Source: Massalongia carnosa
Taxonomy: Eukaryota
Reading direction: 5' to 3'
Assembly: GCA_965645245.1 (NCBI GenBank)
Contig: OZ287079.1
Coordinates: 558,001-622,000 of the forward strand
DNA: 64,000 nt
Positions 22,017 through 34,614 of the stretch are shown here, in pieces. The notes beneath the pieces are model-generated. The model did not search any database, was not told the origin of the DNA, and saw only the letters and a program-made list of their open reading frames with translations. Position 1 is the stretch's first letter. Every line of letters begins with the position of its first letter. Both the position numbers and the translations under genes were made by a program.

Positions 22017-23351
22017 TTATTCATAATCTTCATCAACGACCATCTTCTCCACAACCTCTCGAATAGTCACAGCCATTTCGCGTTCTTTAGCTGCTGATAG
22101 CTTTTCCGCGAATGAACTTACACCCGTGTCGTTTTGCACGAGGGGCGCGAGAGGCATGATATCTCCTATCTCAAGCGCAAGTGCCTGAACCACGCCTTTG
22201 CGCATCCACTGACCCGGAGTACCCCAGATTTTTCCCATTCGGATTTCTTGAGAATCACTTTCCCAGCAATCCACCATAAACCGACGACGGCGAAAAATAG
22301 TGATCAAACAAAGAAAGTATAGGTTTCGCTTTAGAGGTCGGGCTTTGGTTTTAAATCTCAGACGTTTGTTGTGGAGATCCCGATAGCGTGGACCGTTCGA
22401 GTAGAGCTGCATGGACAACAAGGAATCTTCTAGCACGATCAACTTGAATTCGTCAATCGATTCATCATCCGGCACGATCACGATTCGGCCATCATCTAAA
22501 TGTCTCTCGATCATTGAAAAGAGAACGAGCCCATTCTCGAAACCCCAGATAACGTTCCAGCCTTCTTTCATAGACAATCCGAAAATATAAGAAGCATTAA
22601 ACTCTCCAATGCCATATGGCACAATGTGTGCCACTGTTGTATGATTTGGTTGATGCCAATCCTTGGTAACGGGACACCACATCAACGGCCCCGGCAGATC
22701 CGACTCCGGTGCATCATGTGCGGGTGAACCCACCGTCGGAATGTAGGCATTTCGTACGAGCTTTCGGAACTGCTCGTTGTCGGTATCACTGTGACCTTCC
22801 AACTTCTTAAACCTAGCCCCTGCGGGCTCGGGGAGACGGTCCACCAATGCCGCCAGGTAGGCCTCGCCGATCCGCCCATGTGTAGGATGGGCCATAATTC
22901 CATTTTCGAGTTTCACCCGGTCTCGGGCCAAAGCTGATCGCTCACGTAGCACGATCTGGTCGATACCATCGACATCGCTGAGAATTCGTTTCATCGTCGA
23001 TCTGTCCACGGATTTAGTTTCCTTGAGATTCCTCAACTCATTGCGACAGGCTTTGTGATGCATGGCCAAATCTTCCAACAGCGGCTCTCGATTCCCGACA
23101 TACTCTTTGGCCCGGCTCGAGCTGAATGAATCAAGACGCAACTGCGAAGAAGCGGACGCGGTTCGTATTCTCTCATTCAAACGCTCCCTCTCGTCCGCCA
23201 GTTCGTTGCTGAAACTGCGGTAATCGGGTTCAGTGGATGCTGCGAAGCGTTCCAGGGGGTCTACGAGGGCGTTCGAAAGGCTCTCCCAATGTTTGCGGCG
23301 CCTCTCAAGTCTACTGAAAGCGGAGCCTCCTTTCGGGGTCGGTGAGTCCAT
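22017..23351 (-). CDS. Intronless HNH (HNH_2-type) endonuclease domain protein, ~444 aa
   Basis: WCPVT...AHIVP...ENGLVL...IERHLDDGRIVIVP pattern typical of fungal HNH_2 proteins; coiled-coil-like N-terminus; ATG at 23351. Confidence 0.8.
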   Translation of the reverse strand: MDSPTPKGGSAFSRLERRRKHWESLSNALVDPLERFAASTEPDYRSFSNELADERERLNERIRTASASSQLRLDSFSSSRAKEYVGNREPLLEDLAMHHKACRNELRNLKETKSVDRSTMKRILSDVDGIDQIVLRERSALARDRVKLENGIMAHPTHGRIGEAYLAALVDRLPEPAGARFKKLEGHSDTDNEQFRKLVRNAYIPTVGSPAHDAPESDLPGPLMWCPVTKDWHQPNHTTVAHIVPYGIGEFNASYIFGLSMKEGWNVIWGFENGLVLFSMIERHLDDGRIVIVPDDESIDEFKLIVLEDSLLSMQLYSNGPRYRDLHNKRLRFKTKARPLKRNLYFLCLITIFRRRRFMVDCWESDSQEIRMGKIWGTPGQWMRKGVVQALALEIGDIMPLAPLVQNDTGVSSFAEKLSAAKEREMAVTIREVVEKMVVDEDYE

Positions 23352-23809
23352 CGCTGAATGTTCTAAAAAGGAGCTGAGTGAATACAAGAAGCAGAAGAGA
23401 AAGAAAGGAAGCCGAGAAGTTTATCTGTGGGATCTTCGTATCAGTATGAACAACAAGAAGAAGCCGAAGAGATTGTTTGCGGACGAAAGCTTTCTACTTC
23501 TACGTGGAAAAATGATCGTTCGGGGAAGGAGCGAAGAAAGATCTAGATATCATGACCAACTACTCGTGCCAAAGTCTAATTATGTACCGACCCCGTGTGA
23601 TGTGCGCCTCACATGGTTCTGATATGAAAATACAGGAGTTATAGCACATGTTACGCAGAAATCTTGATCTATGAGTTGTCAAAAAAAATCTGTTGAAACT
23701 CAAAATCAACTGGACCCATCAATGTAAATTTGAAGATTTACAGCAATCAAAACAACAACTTGAGTTTTAATCTCTATTAGCATGAATTGACGGTTTTGTT
23801 GATAGAATC

Positions 23810-24296
23810 TGTCATGGAATTACCTCGCACCCTCCCACGTTTCCTGATCGGGTTAGTACTTAACAGGCTCTCTTGCCGTGAAACCTGCCCTGCATGTTGA
23901 ATGGAACCGTGGCCCGTTATTCCGAACTATCCTGAAACCTCACCCCATGTGTTCAGACCTTCTTCCGCTGCCTTCAGTGCACTCCCAAACTCCTATATCC
24001 CGAATCCAATCTCAACGTCTCCACTATCCAAGCCTACGACTGGGATTGCCCAGCAGAGAGAGATTGCTTCGGCATGGAGAAAGGCGGAACAGGTCAAAGC
24101 GATCATGGTTAGGAAATTAGAACGAACAGAGATGAGGGCAAGTCAAGAATAGGGGAGTTGGAAGCCATGGCTATAAAAGCTATGTGGTTTCTCAGGTGTT
24201 TGGAGCTCTTCGTCGGACGTCTTGTATACTATCCCTAGACCTAGCTTTCTAATAGTAACTCTTGCATATCTCCCTATCTGGACCTTGTCCGTGACA
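23810..24296 (+). mobile_element. Solo LTR (Gypsy-like), 487 bp, with 5-bp TSD GAATC
   Basis: TGTCATGGA...TCCGTGACA termini, GAATC on both flanks, internal TATAAAA. Confidence 0.88.
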
Positions 24297-25394
24297 GAAT
24301 CTATATGATCCGTATACTGATACGTCAAAGGTTGTCAATTAACTACCTTCTTATCAAAAAGAAGTGATGTCCCTTCGATAATCAACTGAACCCAGTCAAT
24401 GTCCACATCGGCTTCCCGACACAATCGTATCTAACAAGCATCTCAAAGCACATGGAAAGATAGTCGGTGAGCTTCATATCGGCAAACCAATTAATGTGTC
24501 CCAAGTACCACAAGTTCCGCGTCAACACCGATTTCTGTTCGTTTGCATCCCAGTGTCAGGGTCAGTCCTCGATAAGGCTAGATGTGCACTAGTGAGGGGC
24601 CTCGGACTGCCCTACCATATCACGTGACCCGGGAGGCGCTTATATAGATGATTCGAGTCTTCTTCTCGGAGGCCAGTTGTCAGTCTTCTTCTATATCTCT
24701 CCATAGGTTAAGCCCTATGAGGTGTTCATCTATTGCATGCCCATGCAGCACCTCACATAGGGGCAATCAACGGAGGTCTGAAAGGACTGAAAGGGACGCA
24801 TCGGAACGACCTTCTAAAGCAAACACAAATGGATGAAAGGGACAAAGGGCAGAAAGACTGTTTGACCAAACTGTTCACTTATTGATGAAGACACAAGCAG
24901 CTGGATCGGGCCAAGCGATTATCTATATAGACTTCTAAAGAGGGCACCTGTTGCTTGTTTCCTTTCTGCATCTTTGATATTTTCTAGTACATAGCTCCCA
25001 GTAGATAGTCAATTCCACATCCTGGTTGAACCGTCATATAATCGATGCGATTAAATTAAATCTGATCTTATTTAATCTATAGATTAATTTTATTTGATTC
25101 ATTCTGTAAGAAAAATAGTCAAACAGCGTGACTACTATGGGCTTGTACGAGTAGGAACAAATATAGGAGGTGGTTAATCAGTAGATTGATCAGTGGTCCT
25201 CCGAAGAAGTGGGCGATAGAGCCTTAATTCTATAGACAATATCGCCCGTGACCAAGCTCCATACCACGATTTTCTCTCCTTGACCCATTCAGTCGAACTG
25301 CAAAAAGCCTGCCTGTCCCCGTTTTGCGCCGCGAGCGACTTGCTGATCAACGAGCGTTCTACATACCACGTATACCCTCTTTGGCGGCCGCACG

Positions 25395-28204
25395 ATGGAC
25401 CCGGGCCCCTCCGCTGCAGGCCCCGCTGTCGCAGATCCGGAGACGGCGGCGCCTCTTTCTTGGCCTCCTCCTGAGGCTTACATTGATGTCGACGCCGTCA
25501 AGCGTGAGTCTCAGGCCTATGCCACCCACGGCAACAACGAGGCCGCCATGGCCGCCACCATGAGGCGCGTCCGCGGGATGCGGGAGGAGGATCTGGGGGC
25601 CAACACCCTTAAGACGTACCGCAAGTGCTGGCATCTGTGGGAGGTGCCTACGATAGGTATGCCCTGCAAATTTGGGCCTACGCAAACATCCTACAGAAGT
25701 GGTGCCGACGTCGCAATTTTCCTGACGGCGTCCTTGTGTGGGAGCGGAAGATGCTCCTCTTCCTCGAAGAGGTCATCCTCCGCCTGCGCTTCGTCCCACG
25801 TCCCAAGCTCACAGGCGCAGCAGCGCAGGCCAGGCGGCGGGGTCAGAATCGCCAACGGCAGGCTAAGCGCCGCGCGTTGAAGAGGGGGAAGGGGAAGGCG
25901 ATGGACACGGTGGAAGTCTCGCCAGCGGTAGAGGGAGAGGAGGTGGAGGAGGTGGAAATATTCGAGGAATTCTCCGACGGCGAGGAGCTCGTTGAGACGG
26001 CGAGTCGGCCCCTGAATTCGAATTCAGGGATAGAATCATCTTTTTGTAGCTTACTGACTCGTCTTGCAGCAAGCCGACGACCCTTTATCCCGGCCCCTGG
26101 CGCCCGATAGCGTGGAATCGGGCTACGTCTCTGCCTTCTGCGCCCTCTTCGATGACCAGCATCTCGAAGAGAAGTTGGTGGTGCCCCATCCCAGAGGGAA
26201 GGCTACCAAAGCCCTGATGACGCGCTTACGCATCGATTGGAGCGCTTTCAAGCGGGCCTCGTTCGAGGATCGCGCGATCCACGGCCTCACCGACGGCTAC
26301 ACGACTGAGCAGGCCGCTCAACTGTCGGCAATGCTGCTCGCCGGGGGCAAGGTTTTAGGGGAGGAGGGCGTGGCGGGCGGCATGTGGCACCTCCTGCGGA
26401 CTCGCCTCGACTTCCTCCTAATGCATTCGATGATGCTGCGGGGGGAAGTCAACGCGGAGGGCTGAGCTACCTGACCTCTGCGCCTACCATCTCCCTAACG
26501 AGGGGTCCGAATGCCTTGCGTTGATCCTTCGAATTGGCCAGGGCAAGAGCATTCCTCTGGCGGACGGGGGCAACTCGCGCCGCTAGCATTACCATGGTGC
26601 TTTGCGGAGCAGAGATGTCGTCCTCTGTCCTCTTGGCGCCCTCGCCCACTGGCTCGTCTTGCGCTGGGATCTCCTCCTGGAGAAGCGGCCGGACTTCCGG
26701 GATCGATCTTCGTGGTATTTCACGAAGGTCATCTCCGGGAGCCTGGCGCGATCTAAGGAGGAGATCTCCGACAAAACACAGGCCCGATGGATTAAGCCGG
26801 CTTTGGATACTGTCGGCGTCGACAGCTCCAAGACGGTCCACACCATGCGGCAGTCCTCGTCACGGCTGGCCGACATGTGGGAGGTCCCCGCGGACCAGGT
26901 AAGTACTCTACGATTCATGGCCCCTTATACTTACTAGCATTACCCTTATATCAACTACTACAGATCATGAGAGCAGGCGGATGGGAACGTGGCGTCTGGG
27001 CCACTAGCTACCTCACCCGCCTGCCGCGTGTCTACATGCGTCGCGCCGCCGGCTTTGACAACTCCCCCGGGAGTTACTTTTTGAGAAGAGGAGGACACTC
27101 ACCGGATCTGGCCCTGCAGCGGCAGGTGTGGCCTTGGGTGGATGACGCTCTGGCGGCGTACAAAGGCGGTCTTTTTCCTGATGCGGATAAGGCAGGGAAG
27201 AAGGTTCTGGAGATGTTGCTGCGGCTGCGTTGTGTCTTCCTGCAAGACGCGGCGCTTCTACAGCCTCAGTTTCCTGAGCTTTCGCTCTGGAGACACCAAG
27301 TCTTCAGAGAGCCCCTTTGGCCTGCGTTCGCGGCGAAGATACGGGAGTTGGAGGCCGTAGAAAAGGAAACTTTGCACGTGGCCATCCACGGCGTGCTGCC
27401 TCTTTTTGCTGACTCCGTTGATGGCGTCAGTAACAAGGTCAGCGGTGTTGCGATCAAGCAAGATCGCACGCTCAACGCTGTGGAGAGGTTGCTCTCCGGG
27501 CAGAGCCAGCTGACGACCACCTTGAGTGCGCTGCCGGCGGCAAATGCCCAGGAGATAGCTCGAGTCCTGGGTTCGCAGCTCTCACAGTTGCAGGCCACGG
27601 TCTCGACGCTACCTCGATCCTTTCTGACGGTTCCTGTGGAGGCTGTTGGAGGTACTGGCTGCTGGACGAGGCTTCTTGGCGAGGGCAGGCGACTGCTCTT
27701 GCGACGGCGGCGCACTCCGTTCGTGAAGAGCCTGCTGCGTCTGCGTGCCTCGTACGTCGATGCAGTCGCTTCTCTCCTTCCTACACCTTCTGTCGTCCTC
27801 ACTTCCGTCCCGGAGAGGCGTCTACGGTCTCTGCGCCCTGTGGCTCCCTCCCCCAAGAAGGGCCGCCTCAACGTCCTCCTGGCTGCCCAGCGGAGCCCAT
27901 TCTCGGCGGCGTGACCTCGGCGGAGGCGGTGTTGGAGGAATTCGCGGTGGGGACGTTGATGGAAGGGGTCCGGCGTACGTCTCTTGACGAGTTGGACCGC
28001 CTCTTCGGGGCTAAGTGGAGGTACACTCCTGCCCTAAGGCAGCGGTTCTACGTCAGGGGACGGATCCGTCGGTACCTTCAGGGGAAGGCGAATGAGCAGG
28101 GGAGGGATCCGTGGGATATTGCGCGGGAAGTTGACAGTTTGGGGCTCTCTGGACATCAGATCTCTAAGCGTATTGACGCTGGAGAGGATCTGCTTCGTAG
28201 ATAG
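25395..28204 (+). mobile_element. Crypton (CryptonF-type) tyrosine recombinase with C-terminal GCR1_C-like domain; pseudogenised
   Basis: LRGE (R), CPLGALA, HTMR (HxxR), RAGGW and SYL (Y) motifs; C-terminal LDELDRLFGAKWR; introns 25644-25696, 26000-26069 (GC-AG) and ~26899-26963; frameshift ~26446, TAG ~26584, further frameshift ~27.7-27.9 kb; visibly GC-rich. Confidence 0.88.
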
Positions 28205-28681
28205 GCCAATGGTACCTCTCTTTCTCTCTACGAGTACTAGTCATGGAGGCCTGTAACACCGTTTCTACTAAGAAGCGATCACTCGTAATCTGCCCGTAGT
28301 ACCTCCTTCTCGTTCCTGTGACTGGGTGGAACATCTTGTGACGAGGCGTGCAACTGCACCACGTATCGCGCCATCAGCGCTACGTTAAATCTACTCGGGG
28401 TAAGATGTTTCTTCTATTCAGAAGAAGCTCCTTTCAGCAAACCCAGTTTTAAAATTCTAGCAAAACCCCTTTGTGGTTCGATTGCGAAGCGCAAATGTCG
28501 ACCTTCGCAACGACCAGGGCCAAGCAGAGCGTCGGTTTTGCACGGCGATCCTACACTTCACAGCACATCAAATCAGACAATTCAGGCACGGGTCTACTCG
28601 CTGAAGGATGCTCTATTTGACGGTTTAAATTGCTTCAATATAAAAATCTTTCTCGCTGCGCGAGACTACAACTTCGGGTTA

Positions 28682-28709
28682 CACCCATTTCCAAAATGGT
28701 GTGCCGAAC
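28682..28709 (+). repeat. Tc1/mariner-type TIR (left), preceded by TA
   Basis: TA|cacccatttccaaaatggtgtgccgaac; 25/28 match to the reverse complement of 36361-36388. Confidence 0.6.
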
Positions 28710-28777
28710 TTTGAACCCCGAAACTGCGCGGTAAAAAAAAATTAATAAGCGACAGAATTAGACCACGGCACGTGCAC

Positions 28778-31700
28778 GGGTATCAAGGAGCAGCCGCCAT
28801 TTAACATTCCCCCTGCGGCGCGATACCATTTACCGTTTTCATCCTAAGCCTTCTGCAGTTTCAACTGATCAATGAAGCATTTGAAGAGAGGCTTGTTCAA
28901 AGGCTTGGTTAAACCATCGGCGATCATTTCCTCGCTTGGCACGTAGTCCACCTGAATTCGATTGCGTTTGTGTAGGTCTCGAATATGATGATAAGCTACA
29001 TCTATGTGCTTGGACCTTTCATGAACGTGAGCGTCTTTAGCCAGTTGAATGGAAGCCTGATTGTCTCCTTTCAGCTGCATTGGAGAGTCAACTTCATTCT
29101 TGTCGCTCTCGCGGATGTTCACACTGGGATTGAAGTATTTGGTGAAACCTATATCCTTCATTAGCTGAACGAGCCAAAGACCCTCTTTAGCGCATATGGA
29201 AAGAGCCATATATTCAGCCTCCGTTGTTGAGGTTGCGACCGATTTCTGCTTTCTGCTCATCCATGATATAGGCCCTCCCCCTAACATGTACACGTATCCC
29301 AGGATCGATTTCATTTCCAGTCTGTCGGCCGCATAGTCTGAGTCGGAGTATCCGACGAGGTTCTAATTCCCCCTAGTCCCGTATAGTATGCCGAGATCGA
29401 TGGTGGATCGTACGTATCTAAGGAGCGCTTTGAGAGCGTGACCGTGATGGATGGCAGGATCGCTCAGATATTGGCTTAGTCTCCCGAGAGCAAACGCTAT
29501 ATCCGGACGCGTATGAACTGCTGCGTACATGAGGCTTCCAACGATCTGTTGATACTCTCTTTGATCTATGCGCTCGTCGTCTTGTCCAGCTGGTTGTAGC
29601 GAATCGTAGCCGTTGATGGGAATTTCGGTAGGCCTATGCTTGTCAGCGCTCATGTGTGTTCGCTTCATCACATCTTTGAGGTAGTGCGTTTGATCCAATC
29701 GCAGTGTGCAATTCTTGCGGTCGCGGGTGACTCGAATGCCGAGAACCTTTGAGGCTTCTCCCAAATCCTTAATGCTGACGGCATTGTTGAACTCCATTTT
29801 GAACCAGTCGATCTCTTTCATTATCTTGGCGGCTATCACTAAGTCATCTACATGCATGAATATAATGATATTTCTGGTGAGGTGAGTGAAGAGGCATGGG
29901 TCGGATGAATATTGTTCGAATCCCAGTTTGATCGGTTCATTAGTGCAGCGATTATGCCACTCTCGGGTGGATTGCTTGAGACCATTCAAGCTTTGCAGTA
30001 TCTGAAGAGCTCTGCCAGGGGCGACCCTGACTCCTTCTGGTGCAGTCATGTAGACAGTATCATTTAGAGATGATTGGGTGAATGCATTGTTCACGTCTAC
30101 CTGATGGCATTCCAAATCTTCCAAGGCTACTATGGCGAGTACTGCGCGCAGGGTGTCTGATCTCACCGTAGGAGCGAAAGTGTCCTCATAGTCGATGCCG
30201 TATTTCTGGGTGAATCCGCGGGCGACTAACCTTGCTTTTAATTTCTCCAACGAGCCGTCGATATTTAGTTTGACCTTGAATACCCATTTGCAAGTGACGA
30301 CGTTCGTTTTCGGTGGTGGGAAGACTTCTTTCCAGGTCTTATTGCCAATCAGCGCGTTGATCTCGGTGTCTACCGCTTCCTTCCATAATTCCCCCCAAAC
30401 CGGATCATTCACCGCTTCGCGATAAGATCTAGGTGTCGGTATGTCTTTCCCTGACGGTGGCGCCTCCGCTGACATGGCTGACTCCCATTTGAGCTGCCCG
30501 TCTTCGTCGTCTTCGTCTGCGTACCATGCTAGGAAGGCGCGAGGTATTTTGAAAGCCGGTTCCTCGTGAGCTGCATCTTCCTCATTGGATCGTTTGCGTT
30601 TAGGGATCGCCACATGCGAAAACATGGTAGCTTTAGGTGCATTCGTGGTGGGAGCGGGGTCAGGAATTGGTGTTGGCTGCATGTCTTGGATAACATCATT
30701 TGGCTTTGGCTGATCAGGAGTTGCAGTCAAATTGGATGAGACTTTACTGTGGTCAACTTGATTGCAACTATCGCTTTCTTTGCTAGGAATTTCCACATGT
30801 GAAAATCTTTCCACGATTTTGGCAGCGGGTTCGCTGATTTTCGTTTCCTTTTGTGGTCTTCCTACTGGACGTCTTTCAGATAGCACATTGGGGGTTTGCT
30901 TTCGCAGATTCAGATCCATGTCGCCTCCTTTTAGGCTCTCGTCGAATCTTACCACATGGCTTCTGATAACTCTGCCCAGATCGGGCGCCCAAAGACGATA
31001 TTGCTTGGTAGTCTCTTCTACGTATCCCATGAACACTTCCACCCTTCCTCTATCCATAAACTTATCCCGTCTTCCTCCTGCATGCAGTGATTTGGGATCG
31101 ACGTACGAGTAGCATTTGCAGCCCCAGATGCGGATGTGCTCGATGGAAGGTTTGATGCCGGTGAAGGCCTCCTCGGGGGTGCTTGCATTTCCATCGATGA
31201 TTAGTCCACATCCTGTGCGATTACGAAGATATGCGTCCGTCTCCATAGCCTCCTTCCAGAATTCGATAGGGAGCCCTGCGTCTTTTGTCATGGCTCGCAC
31301 CGAGTTCTCGGTGGTGCGTATGGCACGCTCGGCCACTCCGTTTTGAATGGACATGTGAGGTACGGTGTATTGTGGGATGATACCAATTGAGGCACACCAT
31401 TCGTCCAATGTGGCCTTCAATTCGGTGGCATTATCGCTCCGCACGGCCAGCAATCATTGTGCACTTTGCAGCTCGACGTTCAGTCTCCACTTCCGTAATT
31501 CTCCTGGTGCTTCTTCTCGTTTCTTAAGCGGGATGGACCATATCTTTCTGGAGTAGTTGTCTACGATTTCCAGGAAGTAGGTGTATCCTTCTCGAGAGGC
31601 AGGTAGGGGACCGCAGATGTCAATCGAGACCAATGCCAGTAAGGAAGTCTTTCGCTCGGTTGCCTTGCCTTTCCTATTGGTGAGTTTGATGAGAGCGCAT

Positions 31701-33880
31701 ACCTCGCAGACATATTCCTCATTGCTAATTGGAATCGGCTTTTCTAGAGTGGTTACCTTGTGCAGGTTGCGCAGCTTTTCTCGACCCAGAGCGAATCTTC
31801 GATGCCATAGCCTGTATGTTTCGGAAGTCTTGTTGGGGGTGGGCGTTGACGTTGTTTCGATATCCATGGAAGTTGGCAAATCCGCGCCGCGGGACTTTGA
31901 CCTATCTGGGGAAGAGAATGGTACCTGGTGGTTCTCTTTGCTTGGAAGGGCAATGTCATGATGCATGGATGCGGTTAAAGCAAATTCATCGAGATCTTTT
32001 GCTATTCTCTCGACGATATATACTCCCCCTCGCTGCCGTGCTTCTAAGATCTCTTTGCCCTGCTTATCGTGCATGCGTAACCCGTGCTGATTGAAACTTC
32101 CAACGAGACCCTTCTCGCACATTCGCTTGCCAGATAAAAGATTGACCCCCAACTTAGGTACGTAAAGAACAGAAGAAAGAAATCCCTTAGTACCGTACTT
32201 ATCCTGTATCACACATGTGCCGCGACGATCGGCATATAGCTCTCCTCCGCCGACCTTTATTTTTCGTCTCTTGATTCTGGTCAGAGGTTCACTGAATAAA
32301 TGAAGTGCGTCAGTCATGTGAGATGATGCGCCAGAGTCAGCTACCCATTTTGATCTGGGGATCTTACTGACTGCTTCCCAAGAGAGAGCTGCACTTTCCT
32401 CAAGATCATCGAGATCATCATCATCGTAGCAAACTGTGAAGTCTTCTTCTTCTTCATCCTCCTTTTCTGACTCGCCGGCGAGATAACTCCGATGGCGTTT
32501 GGTGGGTTTCTTGCCCTTGCCGGACTTCTTCTTTCTTGCCAGACCTATGGCGTACAGCCGGACGCTCTCTAAGAATTCACAGTCCCTTATCCGATGGGAT
32601 TCGTCTCCGCAGATGTAACAGCCTCTTCTCACTTCCTCCTTGTTCTTCGTTTCTTTTCTTGGGTTCGTGGAGGTTTCGCGTTTGGGGTGTACGCTGTGAC
32701 TTCTGAATGGATTGAATGGCCTTCGCTCTTGATTCTGCTTTGCAAGTAGGGCTTCTTCGGTCTTTGAGTGCGTTAACTGCATTTCCTTGTCTTCCAGTCT
32801 CTTTATGCCGATTTCGACATCTACTCCCCCGATTGCGTCGATCCCATCTCTGATGGCGGTGTATTCAGCAGGGAGGGATTGTAGAAGCAGTTGGAATAGT
32901 TGTTGAGCTGGAAATGCGTTTGCTAGACTAGGCGTGGCCATGATGACTTTATCTCTTAACAATAGGAGTTCCCCCCATGCCTTCTCGATGCTGGTGCTTT
33001 CGTCCATTTTATAGGTCACCAGCTCCTGAAGGTACTGTCTTCCCGATGTTGGGAGGATATTGTTATATTTAGAGAACAGTGAGGCCCACTTTTGTGCCGC
33101 TGTCTTTAACGCCCTTACGCGTTCTTGGTCAAATTGACCTAGGCAGATAGTGATAAGGTAACAGGCCTTTGCATTGTCCTTCCTCCATTTCTCCATTGTC
33201 GCGATTGGAATCGTTGGAGTAGGAGGAGTTGGTGAAGCTTTGGGAGTGCCTGTTGCTTTTTTATCGATATTGAGCTTATCCATTTGCTCTTGGAGGAGTG
33301 CCGTTGGGTCAGGTGCTGGGTAAGGCTCGCTGATAGTGTGGAATATGCCTTTGCCTCGAAGTGCATCTCTGCCAACTCGAACCATCTTTGATAGTTCTCT
33401 CTGGATAGGATAGGCAAAGGCCTCCTTTTGGCCAAGTCGTCTGCTATGGATGTCATTTTGTAATTTGCGATTTGTGCTTGTTTCCGTATCAAGCTGCCGT
33501 ATGCTAATTCTTCCTATCAAAAGACTCGTAGTAAGGTGCCGAGATGCTGATTTTTCCCTATCAAAGAGATCCGTAGTCAAGCTGCCGGAGTGCTGATTTT
33601 TCCAACCAAAGGACCCGTAGTCAAGCTGCCGGGATAGCGAATTTTTTGCGAAGAGTTGTATCCTTCTCTGATTCGGAAGCTGCTTGCTAGCCGGGCTCAT
33701 AACCAGTTAAAAGGAGTATCTCATCGCAGATGATCGCATTGACTATATTGTCTAGTTACACAGTAAGGGGTTCATTGAAATTTTCTCTCCGTGTTCAATG
33801 AACCGGCTTAGCGCCGATTAAGCGATAACCCCTCGTGACGCTAAATGTCGGGGGTATCAAGGAGCAGCCGCCATTTAACA
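28778..33880 (-). mobile_element. Ty1/Copia retrotransposon related to 7796-13125, with stops/frameshifts and only 29 bp of 3' LTR
   Basis: 5' LTR 33705-33880, PBS-like ggttatgagcccg, gag-pol pieces homologous to 8285..12952, PPT, LTR remnant 28778-28806. Confidence 0.94.
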
Positions 33881-34374
33881 CCTATGATGATAGTCTAACG
33901 GTTCTTATAATATACTCCATCTCTTAGAACGTTTGAGCGCTTGAATCATGATCGGTTTGATTCCTGATGCGGCCCATTCATATCGACGATCACCTAAAGT
34001 AATAACAATTAGCAAAGAAACTGAAGTTCTTCAAATAGTACTGACCAGTACGCTCGCATGCAGCGCTTTCATCCAGAAAAATCAACTGATCAGCCCTCCA
34101 TCCTCTCAGTCTAATCATCCACTCATCACGCAAAGATTGATTGCGTTATTGTGCTATACGAATGACCATCTTTCGATTCCAGGCCATCTGCTTCAGAGTT
34201 CGAGAAACCGTAGACTCGCTCACCAAGACGTCGAATTCATCATACAAAAACCAGCACATCTCATCCAAATGAGAGGTAGGTCTCTGATCTAGATACACGA
34301 GTAGTTGATCGATTTGTTGTTGATTCAGTTTCTTGCGCCGGCCAGCAGCAAGCTGAGGTTTTAAAACTCGTTTC

Positions 34375-34451
34375 TGTCACGGAATCGCTTCACACCCTCC
34401 CGCTTGTCCTGATCGGGTTAGTATTTAACAGGGCCCATTGCTGTGAAACCT
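34375..34451 (+). repeat. Truncated LTR related to the solo LTR at 23810
   Basis: TGTCACGGAAT start; 51/61 identity of 34391-34451 to 23826-23886. Confidence 0.75.
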
Positions 34452-34614
34452 CGGGAGCTTCTATACCTCAGACGTTTTCTATTTTTCATACCACGTAGCT
34501 CCCGCAGCACCATTAGTCAGCCCCATTTGCTTACTTACAGCACCTGGCTTATGTTCAATGAACATACACTATTCAACCCCACATAAGTATAGTAAAGTTC
34601 TCGCTGCTTAGATG

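Noticed and set aside
25395..28204. Starship captain (DUF3435) recombinase
   Set aside because: Motifs and the GCR1_C-like tail fit Crypton instead.
23826..34451. 61-bp direct repeats as ends of a Crypton-containing element
   Set aside because: Both are starts of Gypsy-type LTRs, and the first is a complete solo LTR with its own TSD.
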